Assembly: GCF_963921235.1 (NCBI RefSeq)
Contig: NC_086097.1
Span: 249,552,001-249,616,000 of the forward strand
Length of the DNA: 64,000 nt
Source: Mobula hypostoma
Taxonomy: Eukaryota
Reading direction: 5' to 3'
Positions 37,784-50,139 of this stretch are shown piece by piece (the first letter of the stretch is position 1; each line of letters starts with the position of its first letter). A model generated the notes under the pieces. It worked only from the letters and a program-made list of their open reading frames with translations, was not told the origin of the DNA and ran no database searches. The translations under genes were made by a program, and so were the position numbers.

Positions 37784-37926
37784 CAAGATAATATGAAGCG
37801 TTTTGTAACTTGTAGGATTTCTCAAAATGTGCCAATTGATGACTCCTTTTTATTTTCTGGGCATTTGTGAAAGATATGAACAAAGAGGGATTAAAGTTGA
37901 CTGCTCTGCACAGGAAAATAACGTAC

Positions 37927-37999
37927 CTTCAGCTCCACATCTGAAGATCATCAGCACCAAAAATAGTAACGAAACTGCTAGCCTGCTGCTGTAGGCCAT
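37927..37999 (-). CDS. RECK: RECK first coding exon (signal peptide MAYSSRLAVSLLFLVLMIFRCGAE, ends in phase 1)
   Basis: ATG at 37999 followed by a hydrophobic core and a small-residue cleavage motif (CGA|EE). Donor GAAG|gtacgt at 37926. The phase-1 end joins in frame to the 59-nt exon (G+AA = Glu). A polypyrimidine tract and cag/tag acceptor lie at 38010-38030. Confidence 0.8.
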
Positions 38000-38086
38000 G
38001 AGGAAAAGGCTACTGCAAAACAAGGAAACAATTCATCAGTAATCAACAGTTTGCATTTCTTAAACACAGTCACGAGATCGCTAGAG

Positions 38087-38166
38087 CAGGTGTTCCCAAC
38101 ATTTTTTATGCCATGGACCAATACCATTAAGCAAGGGATCCATGGACCCCGGGTTGGGAACCCTTG
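38087..38166. mobile_element. 80-bp hAT MITE (same family as 24530-24613)
   Basis: Imperfect TIRs caggtgttcccaac / gttgggaacccttg; shared gaccaataccattaagc core; decayed TSD. Confidence 0.8.
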
Positions 38167-38832
38167 TACTCGAGAATCTCACTCACACTCTCCTTTCAAA
38201 ACAGTGATATCACGTTGCTTTGTAACCAACAAGAAAACTCAATTTTGTGATCGTGCAAAAACTTACTGCTAAAACACGGCTCTGTTTAGTGTTGCCTGTT
38301 TCTTTAAGAGCAGAAATTTTAATTACTAATGTGAATAAAATAACTAAGCACAAGTTAGCATTTGATTTCTGTAAATCAGAGAAACAGGCAGGCTGACGTG
38401 TGGCAGTCGTTCTCAGATTAAGGCTGAGGCATGCAATTCTGTCAAAAGATCAGGCCAAATGTATTTAACTCTGGCTGCAGTTCAGTAAAGTACTACTGGC
38501 AGTAACATCCTCTTTATAGATCAGCTTGTCTCTGATTTTTCCATCTTCTGAATTAAAATACAGCAGTCAGAGACAAGCTGAAGCTCATTTGTGGACACAT
38601 CTGAGCAAACTTCTTCACTCAACTCACCACTGAGGTATGTGGTGGAACAATGATGTCGCTGTAACTACTCAGGTCAGGCAGCATCTGCAGGGAGAGAAAA
38701 GAACTAATATTTCAGATTGAAGACCCATTCAAAAGGGAAGTCAAAACAGGTTTGTGTTAAACCAAACACATTAAATAGTACGAGATACTAACAGATGTCC
38801 AAAACTACTTTCCTTACCCAACAATAAACTGA

Positions 38833-40349
38833 ATGCATTAGTGATAATTTTTCAAAACTCTTTAGATTCTGGACTAGTTCCTGAGGATTGGAGGGTGGCT
38901 AATGTAACCTCACTTTTTAAAAAAGGAGGGAGAGAGAAACCGGGGAATTATAGACCGGTTAGCCTAACATCAGTGGTGGGGAAAATGCTACAGTCAGTTA
39001 TCAAAGATGTGATAACAGCACATTTGGAAAGCGGTGAAATCATCGGACAAAGTCAGCATGGATTTGTGAAAGGAAAATCATGTCTGACGAATCTCATAGA
39101 ATTTTTTGAGGATGTAACTAGTAGAGTGGATAGGGGAGAACCAGTGGATGTAGTATATTTCGATTTTCAAAAGGCTTTTGACAAGGTCCCACACAGGAGA
39201 TTAGTGTGCAAACTTAAAGCACACGGTATTGGGGGTAAGGTATTGATGTGGATAGAGAATTGGCTGGCAGACAGGAAGTAAAGAGTGGGAATAAACGGAA
39301 CCTTTTCAGAATGCAGGCAGTGACTAGTGGGGTACCGCAAGGCTCAGCGCAGGGACCCCAGTTGTTTACAATATATATTAATGACTTAGACGAGGGAATT
39401 AAATGCAGCATCTCCAAGTTTGCGGATGACACGAAGCTGGGTGGCAGTGTTAGCTGTGAGGAGGATGCTAAGAGGATGCAGGGTGACTTGGATAGGTTAG
39501 GTGAGTGGGCAAATTCATGTCAGATGCAATTTAATGTGGATAAATATGAGGTTATCCACTTTGGTGGCAAAAACAGATTACTGTCTGAATGGTGGCCGAT
39601 TAGGAAAAGGGGAGGTGCAACGAGACCTGGGTGTCATTATACACCAGTCATTGAAAGTGGGCATGCAGGTACAGCAGGTGGTGAAAAAGGCGAATGGTAT
39701 GCTGGCATTCATAGCAAGAGGATTCGAGTACAGGAGCAGGGAGGTACTATTGCAGTTGTACAAGGCCTTGGTGAGACCACAACTGGAGTATTGTGTGCAG
39801 TTTTGATCCCCTGATCTAAGGAAAGACATCCTTGCCACAGAGGGAATACAAAGAAGGTTCATCAGATTGATTCCTGGGATGGCAGGACTTTCATATGATG
39901 AAAGACTGGATCAACTAGGCTTATACTTGCTGGAATTTAGAAGATTGAGGGGGGATCTTATTGAAACATATAAACTCCTAAAGGGATTGGACAGGCTAGA
40001 TGCAGGAAGATTGTTCCTGATGTTGGGGAAGTCCAGAACGAGGGGTCACAGTTTGAGGATAAAGGGGAAGCCTTTTAGGACCAAGATTAGGAAAAACTTC
40101 TTCACACAGAGAGTGGTGAATCTGCGGAGTTCTCTGCCACAGGAAACAGTTGAAGCCAGTTCATTGGCTATATTTAAGAGGGAGTTAAATATGGCCCTTG
40201 TGGGTAAAGGGATCATGGGGTATGGAGAGAAGGCTGGTACAGGGTTCTGAGTTGGATGATCAGCCATAATCATACTGAATGGAGGTGCAGGCTCGAAGGG
40301 CCAAATGGCCTACTCCTGCACCTATTTTCTATGTTTCTATGTTTCTATG
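38833..40349 (+). mobile_element. Young 5'-truncated CR1 LINE (same family as 15774-18283)
   Basis: Near-identical RT and 3' UTR; tail ttttctatgtttctatgtttctatg. Confidence 0.93.
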
Positions 40350-40679
40350 AATAAATCTGATAAAATAATTATGAAGGAAGTAATAGCGCTGATTCTTCAT
40401 GATGCATTGACTGCATGACAGCAGAGCCATGGCGTCAGAGTATTATAGCACAGAAATAGGCCTTCAGTCCGTCTAGTCTGTGCCAAACTGTTATTGTGCC
40501 TCGACCCGCACTCTCCATATCCCTCCACCCATTTACTTATCCAAATTTCTCTTTAATGTTGAAATTGAACCTGCAAGTTCTTAATCTCAATGGTTCTTCA
40601 CAAGGCCTTGGATCAACTGGACAATACAAACCCCTACGTCACAATGCTATTCATTGAATATAGCTCAGCATTAGACCAT

Positions 40680-42455
40680 CAAGAACCATTATGAGGGAAA
40701 AGATAAAAAGATGCAAGCTAGCAAACAATATCAAAGTGGATAGTAAAAGCTTTTTCCAGTATGTAAAAAATGAAAGAAAGATGAGAGTGGTTAGAGGGCT
40801 GTGAGAAAATGAGGCTGGAGAAATAACAACGGGGGACAAGGAGATAACAGATGAACTAAATGATTATTTTGCATCCGTCTTCCCTGTGGAAGACACTAGT
40901 AGTGTGCCTGGTGTTGAAGGGTGCGAGGGAAGAGAAGTAAGTGTAGTTACTATTACAAGGGAGAAGGTGCTCAAAAAGCTGAAAGACCTAAAGATACACA
41001 AGTCACCCAGACCAGATGAACTGCATTCTTTGGCTCTGAAGGAGATAGCAGTAGAGATTGTGGAGGCATTAGTAATGATCTTTCAAGCATCATTGGACTC
41101 GGGCATGATGCCAGCGGGCTGGAAAAATTGCAAGTGTCATTCTACCCTAAGAACAGAGGGAGACAGCAGAAAGGAAATTGTAGACCAGTTAGCCTGACCT
41201 TGAAGTCAATTGTTAAGGATTAAGTTATGGAGTACTTGGTGATATGGGGCAAGGAAAGACAAAGTCAGCATGGTTTCCTTAAGAGAAAATCTTGCCTGAC
41301 GAACATGTTATAAATCTTTGAGGAGATTACAAGTAGGATAGATAAGGGGGATGCAATGAATGTTGTATATTTGGACTTTCAGAAGGCCTTTGACAAGGTG
41401 CCACACATGAGGCAGCTTACCAAGTTAAGAGCCCATGGCATTACAGGAAAGTTACAAGCATGGTTAGAGCATTGGCTGATTGGTAGGAGGCAGCGAGTGG
41501 GAATTAAAGAATCCTTTTCTGACTGGCTGCCAGTGACTAGTGGTGTTCCGCTTGGGTCGGTATCAGGATCACTTCTTTTTATGCTTTATATAAATGAGTT
41601 ATGATGATGGAATAGATAGCTTTGGTGCCAAGTCTGCAGATGATACAAAGATTGGTGGAGGGGCAGGCAGTGTTAAGGAAACAAGAAGGTCGCAGAAGGA
41701 CTTAGACAGATTAGGAGAATGGGTAAGAGAGTGGCAAATGAAATACAATGTTGGAAGATGCACGGTCATGCACTTCAGGAGTAGAAATAAATGTGCAGAC
41801 TGTTTTCTAAATGGGGAGAAAATCCAAAAACCTGAATGCAATGGGACTTAGAAGTCCTTGTGCAGAACATCACAAGGGTTAACTTACAGGTAGTTGGTGG
41901 TGAGGAAGGCAAATGCAATGTTTGCATTCATTTCAAGAAGTCGAGAATACAAGAGCAGGGATGTGATGTTGAAGCTTTACAAGTCACTGGCAAGGCCTCA
42001 CCTTGAGTACAGTGAACAAATTTTAGGAACGAAAGGGTTATCATATGAGCGATGTTTGATGGCTCTGGGTCTGTACTCGCTGGAATTCAGAAGGATGAGG
42101 GGTGATCTCATTGAAACAAATCAAATGGCCTAGAAAGAGTAGATGTGGAAAGGATGTTTCCCATGGTGGGAGAGTCTAGGACAAGAGGGCACAGCCTCAG
42201 GATAGAGGGGCATTCATTTAAAACTGGTGGGGAATTTGTGGAATTTGCTACTAAGTCAGCTGTGGAGGCCAGGTCATTGGATGTATTTAAGGCACAGATT
42301 GATAGGTTCTTGATTGGACATGGCATCAAAGGTTACTGGGAGAAGGCCGGGGAGCGGGCTGAGGAGTGGAGGGGAAAAAAGGATCAGCCATGATTGAATG
42401 GCGGTGCAGACTCAATGCGCCAAACAGCCTAATTCTGCTCCCTTTTCTTATGGTC
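40680..42455 (+). mobile_element. CR1 LINE ORF2, degenerate
   Basis: KSPRPDELH, YLDFQKAFDKVPH, SADDTKIGG and RTRGHSL motifs. Confidence 0.85.
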
Positions 42456-42464
42456 CAAAGATGA

Positions 42465-42810
42465 CGTCCATAATTAAGGACCCCCATCACCCAGGGCATG
42501 CCCTCTTCTTATTGTTACCATCATAAAGGAGGTACAGAAGCCAGAAGCCACATACTCAGCAATTCAGGAATAGCTTCTTCCCCTCTGACATATGATTCCT
42601 AAATGGAAATTGCACCCCTGGATACTACCTCACTTTTTAAAAAATATATATATATTATTTCTGTTTTTGCTCTATTTTTAATCTATTCATTATACACATA
42701 TACACTTACTGTAATTGATTTACTTATTTTTCTTTCTATATTATCATGTATTGCATTGTACTGCCGCTGCTAAGTTAACAAATTTCACGACACATGCCGG
42801 TACTTCTGAT
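42465..42810 (+). mobile_element. Rex1/Babar-type LINE 3' end (another at ~43685-43955)
   Basis: IIKDPHHPGHALF...RNSFFP motif and 3' UTR. Confidence 0.7.
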
Positions 42811-44231
42811 ACGCTTTGCTTGAGCCAACGGCCAGAGTGAAAAGATATGCAGGGGCAGCACATGGGTCACCATGCTCCTGGTGCTGACACATCATGCACA
42901 AAGCTTACTAACCTGGCACCTTGGGAGCACCCAAAGGAAACCCACCTGGTCACCAGGAGAGCATACAAATTCCTTACAGAGAGTGCAGGGAATTAAATAC
43001 GGGTCACTGGCACTGTAAAGCGTTAGGCTAACTGTTATTGAGGCTCTAGTCAGGAAAAAAAAGAGGCATGTGTTATGCATAGGAACTGGGATCAGCAAGT
43101 TCTTTGGGAAGTAGAACAGATGAAGGAAATAAGGAAGGATTAGGAGGGACAAGAGACATTGTTGGGAGACAAAATGCTAATACATTCAATTATGTTAGAG
43201 TAACTACGGAGATAGAATGTACACTCAGATCAACGTGGCAATCTAAGTGTGGAGCCACAGGAGATGAGTGAAGTCTTAAATGAATATTTCACTTTTGTAC
43301 CTACCACAAAGGACATGGAGGGAAGAAAACATATCAACATCATGGAGGTGGTGCTGATGGTCTTTACGTACATAAAGGTGGACAATGCCCAGAGACTGAC
43401 TAGTTGTATCCTGGGAGACGTGGAAAGCAAGGCAGGTGATTGCCAGAACTGAAACAAGGATTTTTGTACCTCCAAAGTGAGGTACCAGAAGATGGGGGGG
43501 GGGGGGGTTCATATACATAGTGCCTTTATTTAAGGAGAGCTGCATGCAAAAAAAAAGGAAACTACAAATGAGACAGTGGGGTAAAAGTTACTAGAAGGGG
43601 TCCTGAGGGCCAGGACTTCTTTGCAATTAGGTAGGCAAGGATTGACTTTCAAAAGGTGGAGCCTCAGGAAGGTGGCTTTCATTACCTTCAAGATCCAGGG
43701 CATGCCCTCTTCTCATTACAGACATCAGGGAGGTAGTGTAGGAGCCTGAAGATGTTCACTCAACATTTTTAGAACAGCTTCTTCCCCTCCGCCATCAGAT
43801 TTCTGACTGGTCCCATGAACATGACTCACCATTTTGCTCTCTTGTTGTTCTATTTATTTTTTTATACATTTGCTATTGTAACTTACATTGTACTGTACTG
43901 GTCCCACAAAACAACCAGTTTCACAACATACGTCAGTGATAATAAACCTGCTTCTAACTCGTTTTGTGGGAAATCATGTCCACAAATTTGAACCTTTTCT
44001 CTTGCAGAGGTGACTGGGAGCATTAATGAGGAAAGGGGTACAGGTATTATCTACCTTGGACTTTAACAAGGACTTTTGCAAGGTCGTCTGGATTGCAAGG
44101 TTAGATGGTTGAGAGAACAAAATGGATACAAAATTGGCTTGGTGCCGGAAGTCAGAGAGTGGAAGTGGAGGGGCTGGTTTGCATATTTAAGTCAGAATCA
44201 GATTTAATATCACCGGAATATGTAATGACAT

Positions 44232-44444
44232 AGGCCGGCTGGTGGCGCAGTGGTATCAGCGCCGGACTTCAGAGCAAAGGTTCTCGAGTTCGAATCCAGC
44301 CGGCTCCCTTGCACGCTTTCCATCCGTGCTGGGCTGAGCGTCAAGCTAGCAATTCAGCCTTGTAAAAATAAGAAAGCCTGCTAAAAAACCGCCGTCATGA
44401 CGGTGTCCCGCTGACTCCACTCAGAGTTAAGGCTTTCTTCTTCT
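44232..44444 (+). mobile_element. Young tRNA-derived SINE with (TTC)n tail and perfect 13-bp TSD
   Basis: A box TGGCGCAGTGG, B box GAGTTCGAATCC; TSD tatgtaatgacat at 44219-44231 and 44445-44457. Confidence 0.9.
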
Positions 44445-47134
44445 TATGTAATGACATTTGTAACTTTACAGCAGTAGAACAATGAAATACATGATAAATA
44501 AGTGCAATCACCAACGGTGTTGTATTTTATTTAGCGACACAGCACGGTGTAGGCTCTTCTGGCCCTTTGAACCATGCCACCCGAGCGACCCCCGACATAC
44601 CCTATTTAACCCCAACCTAACCATGGGATTAGGATTGGTTAAGCTTGGGTATCAGTTGATTTTGTTTAACAATGATTTGGGTAAGATGATAGATGCTCTT
44701 TTATATTCCAGAGTTTTGCTACTCACATCATTCAGATGAGATTTCAACTGGACTTTGTTTTACACAGGAGACTTCTACCACCCACCAGGTTCATGATTTT
44801 GATTAAATAAAACAACATTAGAAATGTTATATGATCGAGACACAAAGATAGTACAAATAAATTAGAATTATGATCAATTAAATTATCACCATCTTTCAGT
44901 TGCAGACAAAGGACACAGCTATTTTGTAAATTTACCAATGATGGTTGTAGAAGGTAGCATCTCCCGGAGGGTCCCATTTACCCTCTTGCTCTGTAATACA
45001 GAAAAAGAGAACTTGTTAAATACTTTTCTTCCTCTTTCATACTTCAATACCAACCACACTCTTTCACTTTGTACCCTTCATGTTTGTTATTTTAATCCGC
45101 TGTGCAAACATTTATCATTCTCTGATATTTTGCAACGCAAAGTACCCCGTACCATTTTTCAATCACTGGACAATCACTCACAGGAGAGATTTAAAACTTG
45201 GCAGCATGACTTGTCCATTTCCTTGCACTTTTTTTTCCCAAACCCATTTCAACAACATATCCTTTTAAATTCCACACTAAAGAGAATTCATGAACCATCC
45301 AGCAGCATAGAGGTTAGCATAACACAATTGCAGCGCTAGAAATTGGGCTCAATTCCCACTGTAGGAGCCACATATCGACTTATTGCCCATCTCTATTGGA
45401 TTTGTGTTGCTTATCCTCACTGAGCTAAGGTAATTTGTCATGTGGGTTTGTTGCGTCGCTTTGGGTGGTGGTAGAAATAAACAGTCCCCGCTCACCTGCA
45501 GGGTGGCATATAGAGAGGAGACAAGTAGAGAGTGTGTTTTTTGTTGACTGCTCATCCTTGTTTGAATTTGATCCAATTATGTTCACTTTTGCTTTACATG
45601 AATTACAGAAGTCAAATGATTTTATTGTTGGTTTGTAATAAAGGATTAAATGTACTTCTTCAATTTGGAATTGTGTTAATTGAAAGCACTTCATACAGTG
45701 TGATACTCCTTCACTTAGCCTCTCAGAGACTTTTAGTTTGTATTCAAGTAGTTGCTACAACATCACCCAACCCCCCCCCCCCTCCCGTGAAGAGCTCGTA
45801 CATTCTCCCTGTGACTGCATGGGTTTCCTCCCACAGTTCAAAGACATACAGGTTAGTAAGTTAATTGGTCACATAACTGCAATTGGGCAATGCTGGGATG
45901 TTGGGCTGATTGCTATGCTATATCTCTAAATAAAATTAAAAAATAAAATCGAAGTTTGTCACCAGTAAGTGGACATTGAAACAGCATATCAATCAAGATG
46001 CTCGGCTGTGTGATTACAAAGCACAATCTTTTGGCATTTTTCATAAAAATATTTGTAACCAATCATGCATTTACAACATATTATTTTTAGAACAAAATAT
46101 GTCAAAATCTGAAAGCAAGCTACTTGGGAATCAGTAATTTTTGCCCCTCATATTGAGAAGTGTAAATCTGGAAGGCTCCCTCTAACTGGCTGAATGGGTT
46201 AATCCATTTCTCATGCAATCAAAACGCTTGGGAAATTTCCAACAAGCACAATAAGTAGTTAATTGTTCCTTTTCTAAAAAGAAGTCCTTCAAAGCTAAAA
46301 TTAAAGCCACATGTTTGAAAGTGTTCATAACTGCGGGAGTCCAGCTACAGCATATTGCAGCAGCAGCTCAATATTTTTTCCCCAGTAACTTTCTTTGAAT
46401 GGGAATTTGGAATGCAATGCCTGTTGGAACAGAGAAATTTTCAATAACTGTTCTTAGAAGTGAATGTGATAAATAGTTGAAGGACAAAATCTGCTCCGTG
46501 CATATGAAAGTGCCATGGAGTGAGATGAACTTTGAAAGGGTTGGCAGAGGTTCAATGAATTAAGTGACCTCCTTCTGTAGGGTGTGACCCGACAATAACA
46601 TTTTTTAAATTTTGCTGATGAACTAGGTGGCCTATTCCTGTGCACAGTTTGCACATAAACTCTGGTGCCACATTTAAATCAGATTGGCAGATCAGTCCAT
46701 AATCAACAATTTCGGTTGCAATTGTAGCACCACTGATGTAACTTTTCAGGGATTGTCTGCCTGGAGTCCATCAGTGGTTGCATAACCAGGACTTGTGATG
46801 TGCACCAGCTGCTCATATGACCACCCACTGCCTGCTCCCGTGGCTTCACATGACCCTAACTGGAGGGGAGGGTTACTAAGCAGGTACTACACTTTGCCCA
46901 ATGGTGGTCTACAGACTAGCGGAGGTGAGGAGTGCCTTATACCTACTTTGCTGAAGGTGTACCTCCACCGCAGTGATTTATAAAGTATAATATTCTGCTG
47001 GAAGAAAAATACTCTGATTTAGAGGGATATCATAATTAAACTAAATAAAAAGTTGCCAGTTATACAAAATGGCATGATCCTCACATTTCTGGAATCAAGA
47101 CATCATTGTTTCCATGAGGTATATTAACCATAAG

Positions 47135-47388
47135 ACTGCTGAACGGATTCTGACCCGGATCTGGGCCGTACCCTCCAAATATCCGGACCTGCCTCTCGGT
47201 TTTTTTGCACTCTTACTTCCCATTTTTCTATTTATGATTTATAACTTAAATTTTTAATATTTACTAATTTTGATTATTTTTAATATTTAATATTTGTAAT
47301 CCAGGGAGTGGGAAGTGCAGAATCAAATATCGCTGTGATGATTGTACGTTCTAGTACCAATTGTTTGGCGACAATATAGTATAAAGTA
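47135..47388 (+). mobile_element. Rex1/Babar-type LINE 3' UTR
   Basis: Starts at RLLNG-like ORF end; tail ggcgacaatatagtataaagta. Confidence 0.5.
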
Positions 47389-47554
47389 GAAATTAAATTA
47401 CTCGAATCTAATTATTCAAAAAAAAAATTCAACTACAAATGATGTGCATATGGACAAAACAGTAATAAAATTCTTTACCAACTAGATCCAGATACATAGC
47501 TTTACATGGGTGCAGAGAATAATCAGAGACAGTAACCCGAATACTGACTATGAC

Positions 47555-48000
47555 TATATCCTGTTGAATGATTCCAGGAATGAAAGGGTTAATGTACGAG
47601 GAGCATTTGACGGCTCTGGGCCTGACTCACTGGAGTTTAGAAAAATGGGGGTGGGGGATGAAATCTCATTGAAAGGTCTCGATAGAGTGGATGTGGGGAG
47701 GACATTTCCTATAGTGGGGAGTCTACAACCAGAAGGCACAGCCTCAGAACAGAACATTTAGGACAGAGACGAGGAGGAATTTCTTTAGCCAGAGTGGTGA
47801 AGCTGTGGAATTCTGTGCCACAGATGGCTGTGGAGGTCAAGTCATTCAGCATATTTTATGCAGAGGTCGATAGATTCTTGATTAGTCAGGGCATCAAAAG
47901 TTACGGAGAGAAGACAGGAGAATGGGGTTAAGAGAGATAATAGATCAGCCACGACTCTATTGACCGAATTACCTAACTGTGCTTCAATATCTCACAGTCT
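47555..48000 (+). mobile_element. CR1 LINE 3' end
   Basis: atgattccaggaatgaaaggg...aggaggaatttctttagccagag motifs. Confidence 0.78.
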
Positions 48001-48739
48001 TCTGGTGAATTCATTTAACCAGACAAGCCCGAGATGTACCCACAGAGTTCTTAACAAGCTCCATTGTCATAGCAAGACCCAAACATCCAGGTGCAGACTC
48101 GTGACACTTCTCTATTCCCTGATCCATTACGAATAGGAACTTTCCCTGGCTCCAACAACACTCTGAAGGAGTCTCAACCCCCCCCATCAGAGTTACCTGT
48201 GGTTCCAAATGTTGTCTTTTGACTTTCTCGCAACTCAGTCATGCATTAACAAATGCTTGCAAATGAAGACAGCTGATAATAGCATGAACTGTTATTTTAT
48301 TGTACATTTCATTCGCTTTCAAGATGTTCCCATGTTACTAACAGCTATCTGTAAAACAAACAAGGTCCAAAGGAGAACTAGCAAAAAAAACATGCAAATG
48401 TGAATGAATATGTCTATTCAAGTTCATCCATCTAATTTCTTCGTGCAGCTTTAGGGGGTTAGATCATCGTTAATATTTTCAAATCTTTCTTTCCCACTTA
48501 ATGTTCAAAGAGTAAAGGAAAATATTAATGAGAAAACTATAGCAAAATAAAAGAAAAAATCCTTACAATCAATAACTTATTAACTTGATTCCCTGTTAGA
48601 AATATTCACAGAAGTCTACACAAGCCGTTCCATCTGAACTTAGTTGAGAATATTTACCTGTGTGAGGAAAGATACATACATTAGAAAGGTCTGTCACCTT
48701 GCATGCAGAATGCACTTTGAAAGCAGACAGAGACCCTCC

Positions 48740-49819
48740 ACTGGTCAGGATGGCCCTTACATTCAACTGCTCCATCTCTGACACCTCCCTCCCCTTTCTC
48801 AATCTCTGCCTCCATCTCTCGAGACAAACTGTCAACTGACATATTTTATAAACCTACTCACTCCCATGGTTATCTCAACTATACCTCTTCCCATCCTCTC
48901 TCCGGTAAAAATGCTGTTCCCTTCTCTCAAGTTTCTTCGCCTCTGCCACATCTGTTCCCAGATGCGGCTTTCCATCCTTCTTTAAAGGATGGGGTTTCCT
49001 TCCCTCTGCTATTGATGCTGCCCTCATCTGCATCTCCTCCATTTCCCAAACATCCATGCTCACTCCATCTCCCGCCGCCTTAAAAGTGATAGCGACCCTC
49101 TTGTCCTAACCTACTACCCCATAATCCTCCACAACTTCTGTCATCTCCAGAGGAATTCTACCACCAAACGTACTTTAGCAACACACAAAATGCTGGAGGA
49201 ACTCAGCAGGCCAGGCAGCATCTATGGAAAAGAGTACAGTCGACATTTTGGGCCGAGACCCTTCAGCAGGACTGGGACAAAAAGCTCTATATTGGTGAGA
49301 CCTGCCATAAATTAGGGGACCACTTCTTCGAGCAGCACTGCACCTTTCTTTACAAGCGGGACTTCCCCGGTGGCCAAGTATTTTAAATCCCATTTCGACA
49401 TGTCAGTTTATGGCCTTTTGTGCCAAGATGAGGTGGGAGAGCAACACTTTATATTCCGTTCAGATGGCATGAATTGATTTCTCCTTCCAGTAAACAAATT
49501 TCCATACCTTCCTCTATTCCTCACTCTAACATTTTACTTCTTCTTACCTACTTATTACCCCTGGGTCTCACCTCCTTCCCTTTCTCCAATAGTCCACTCT
49601 CTTCTCCTATCAGATTCATTCTTCTCTAACCCTTGCCCTTTCCAAACCACCTGGCTTCATCTATCACCTTCCAGTTATTCTCCTTCCCCTGCCCCCAACT
49701 TTTTATTCTGGCACCTTCTCCCTTCCTTCTCAGTCCTGAAGGAAGGTTTCAGCGACTGTTTATTCAGTTCCATTGATGCTGCCTGACCTGCTGAGTTCCT
49801 CCAGCATTTTGTGTGTTGC
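48740..49819 (+). mobile_element. Penelope-like element (RT C-terminus, GIY-YIG remnant, 3' end) containing an inverted terminal copy at ~49178-49275
   Basis: LSTDIFYKPTHSHGYLNYTSSHP motif; LYIGET; terminal gatgctgcctgacctgctgagttcctccagcattttgtgtgttg. Confidence 0.8.
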
Positions 49820-50139
49820 ATATCATTCAACCTAGTTTCCTGAGGAGTCTCTGATTTAACGTAAAAATGTAGCAAGTACAAACCAGAAAGAGAGGCCTAC
49901 AAGAGGGGTCTTTCAGAGAGTTGTCTAGCAGAGAGAGATCATGCATCAGCTAAAAAATAATGGTAATCTCTGGATCCTATTGCATACTGAGCATAGTTTT
50001 ATCATGTTTTAAATGCACAAATCTAAAAATTTTCCCACACTTACAGTAAAATTACAAGAGCCTCGGAGGTGCTGGTTTGGCAGATTTTACAGACCACTGG
50101 ATATTATGCATTACTGTTCAAGAGATTACACCATAACGT

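Noticed and set aside
44233..44305. Possible tRNA gene
   Set aside because: It is the head of a SINE with body, tail and TSD; no convincing cloverleaf.
48567..48680. Minus-strand ctttcctcacacag|gtaaat site followed by GKYSQLSSDGTACVDFCEYF-stop (possible exon or recursive splice site)
   Set aside because: I do not recognise the peptide, found no partner exon, and cannot tell whether this region is transcribed; RNA data are needed.
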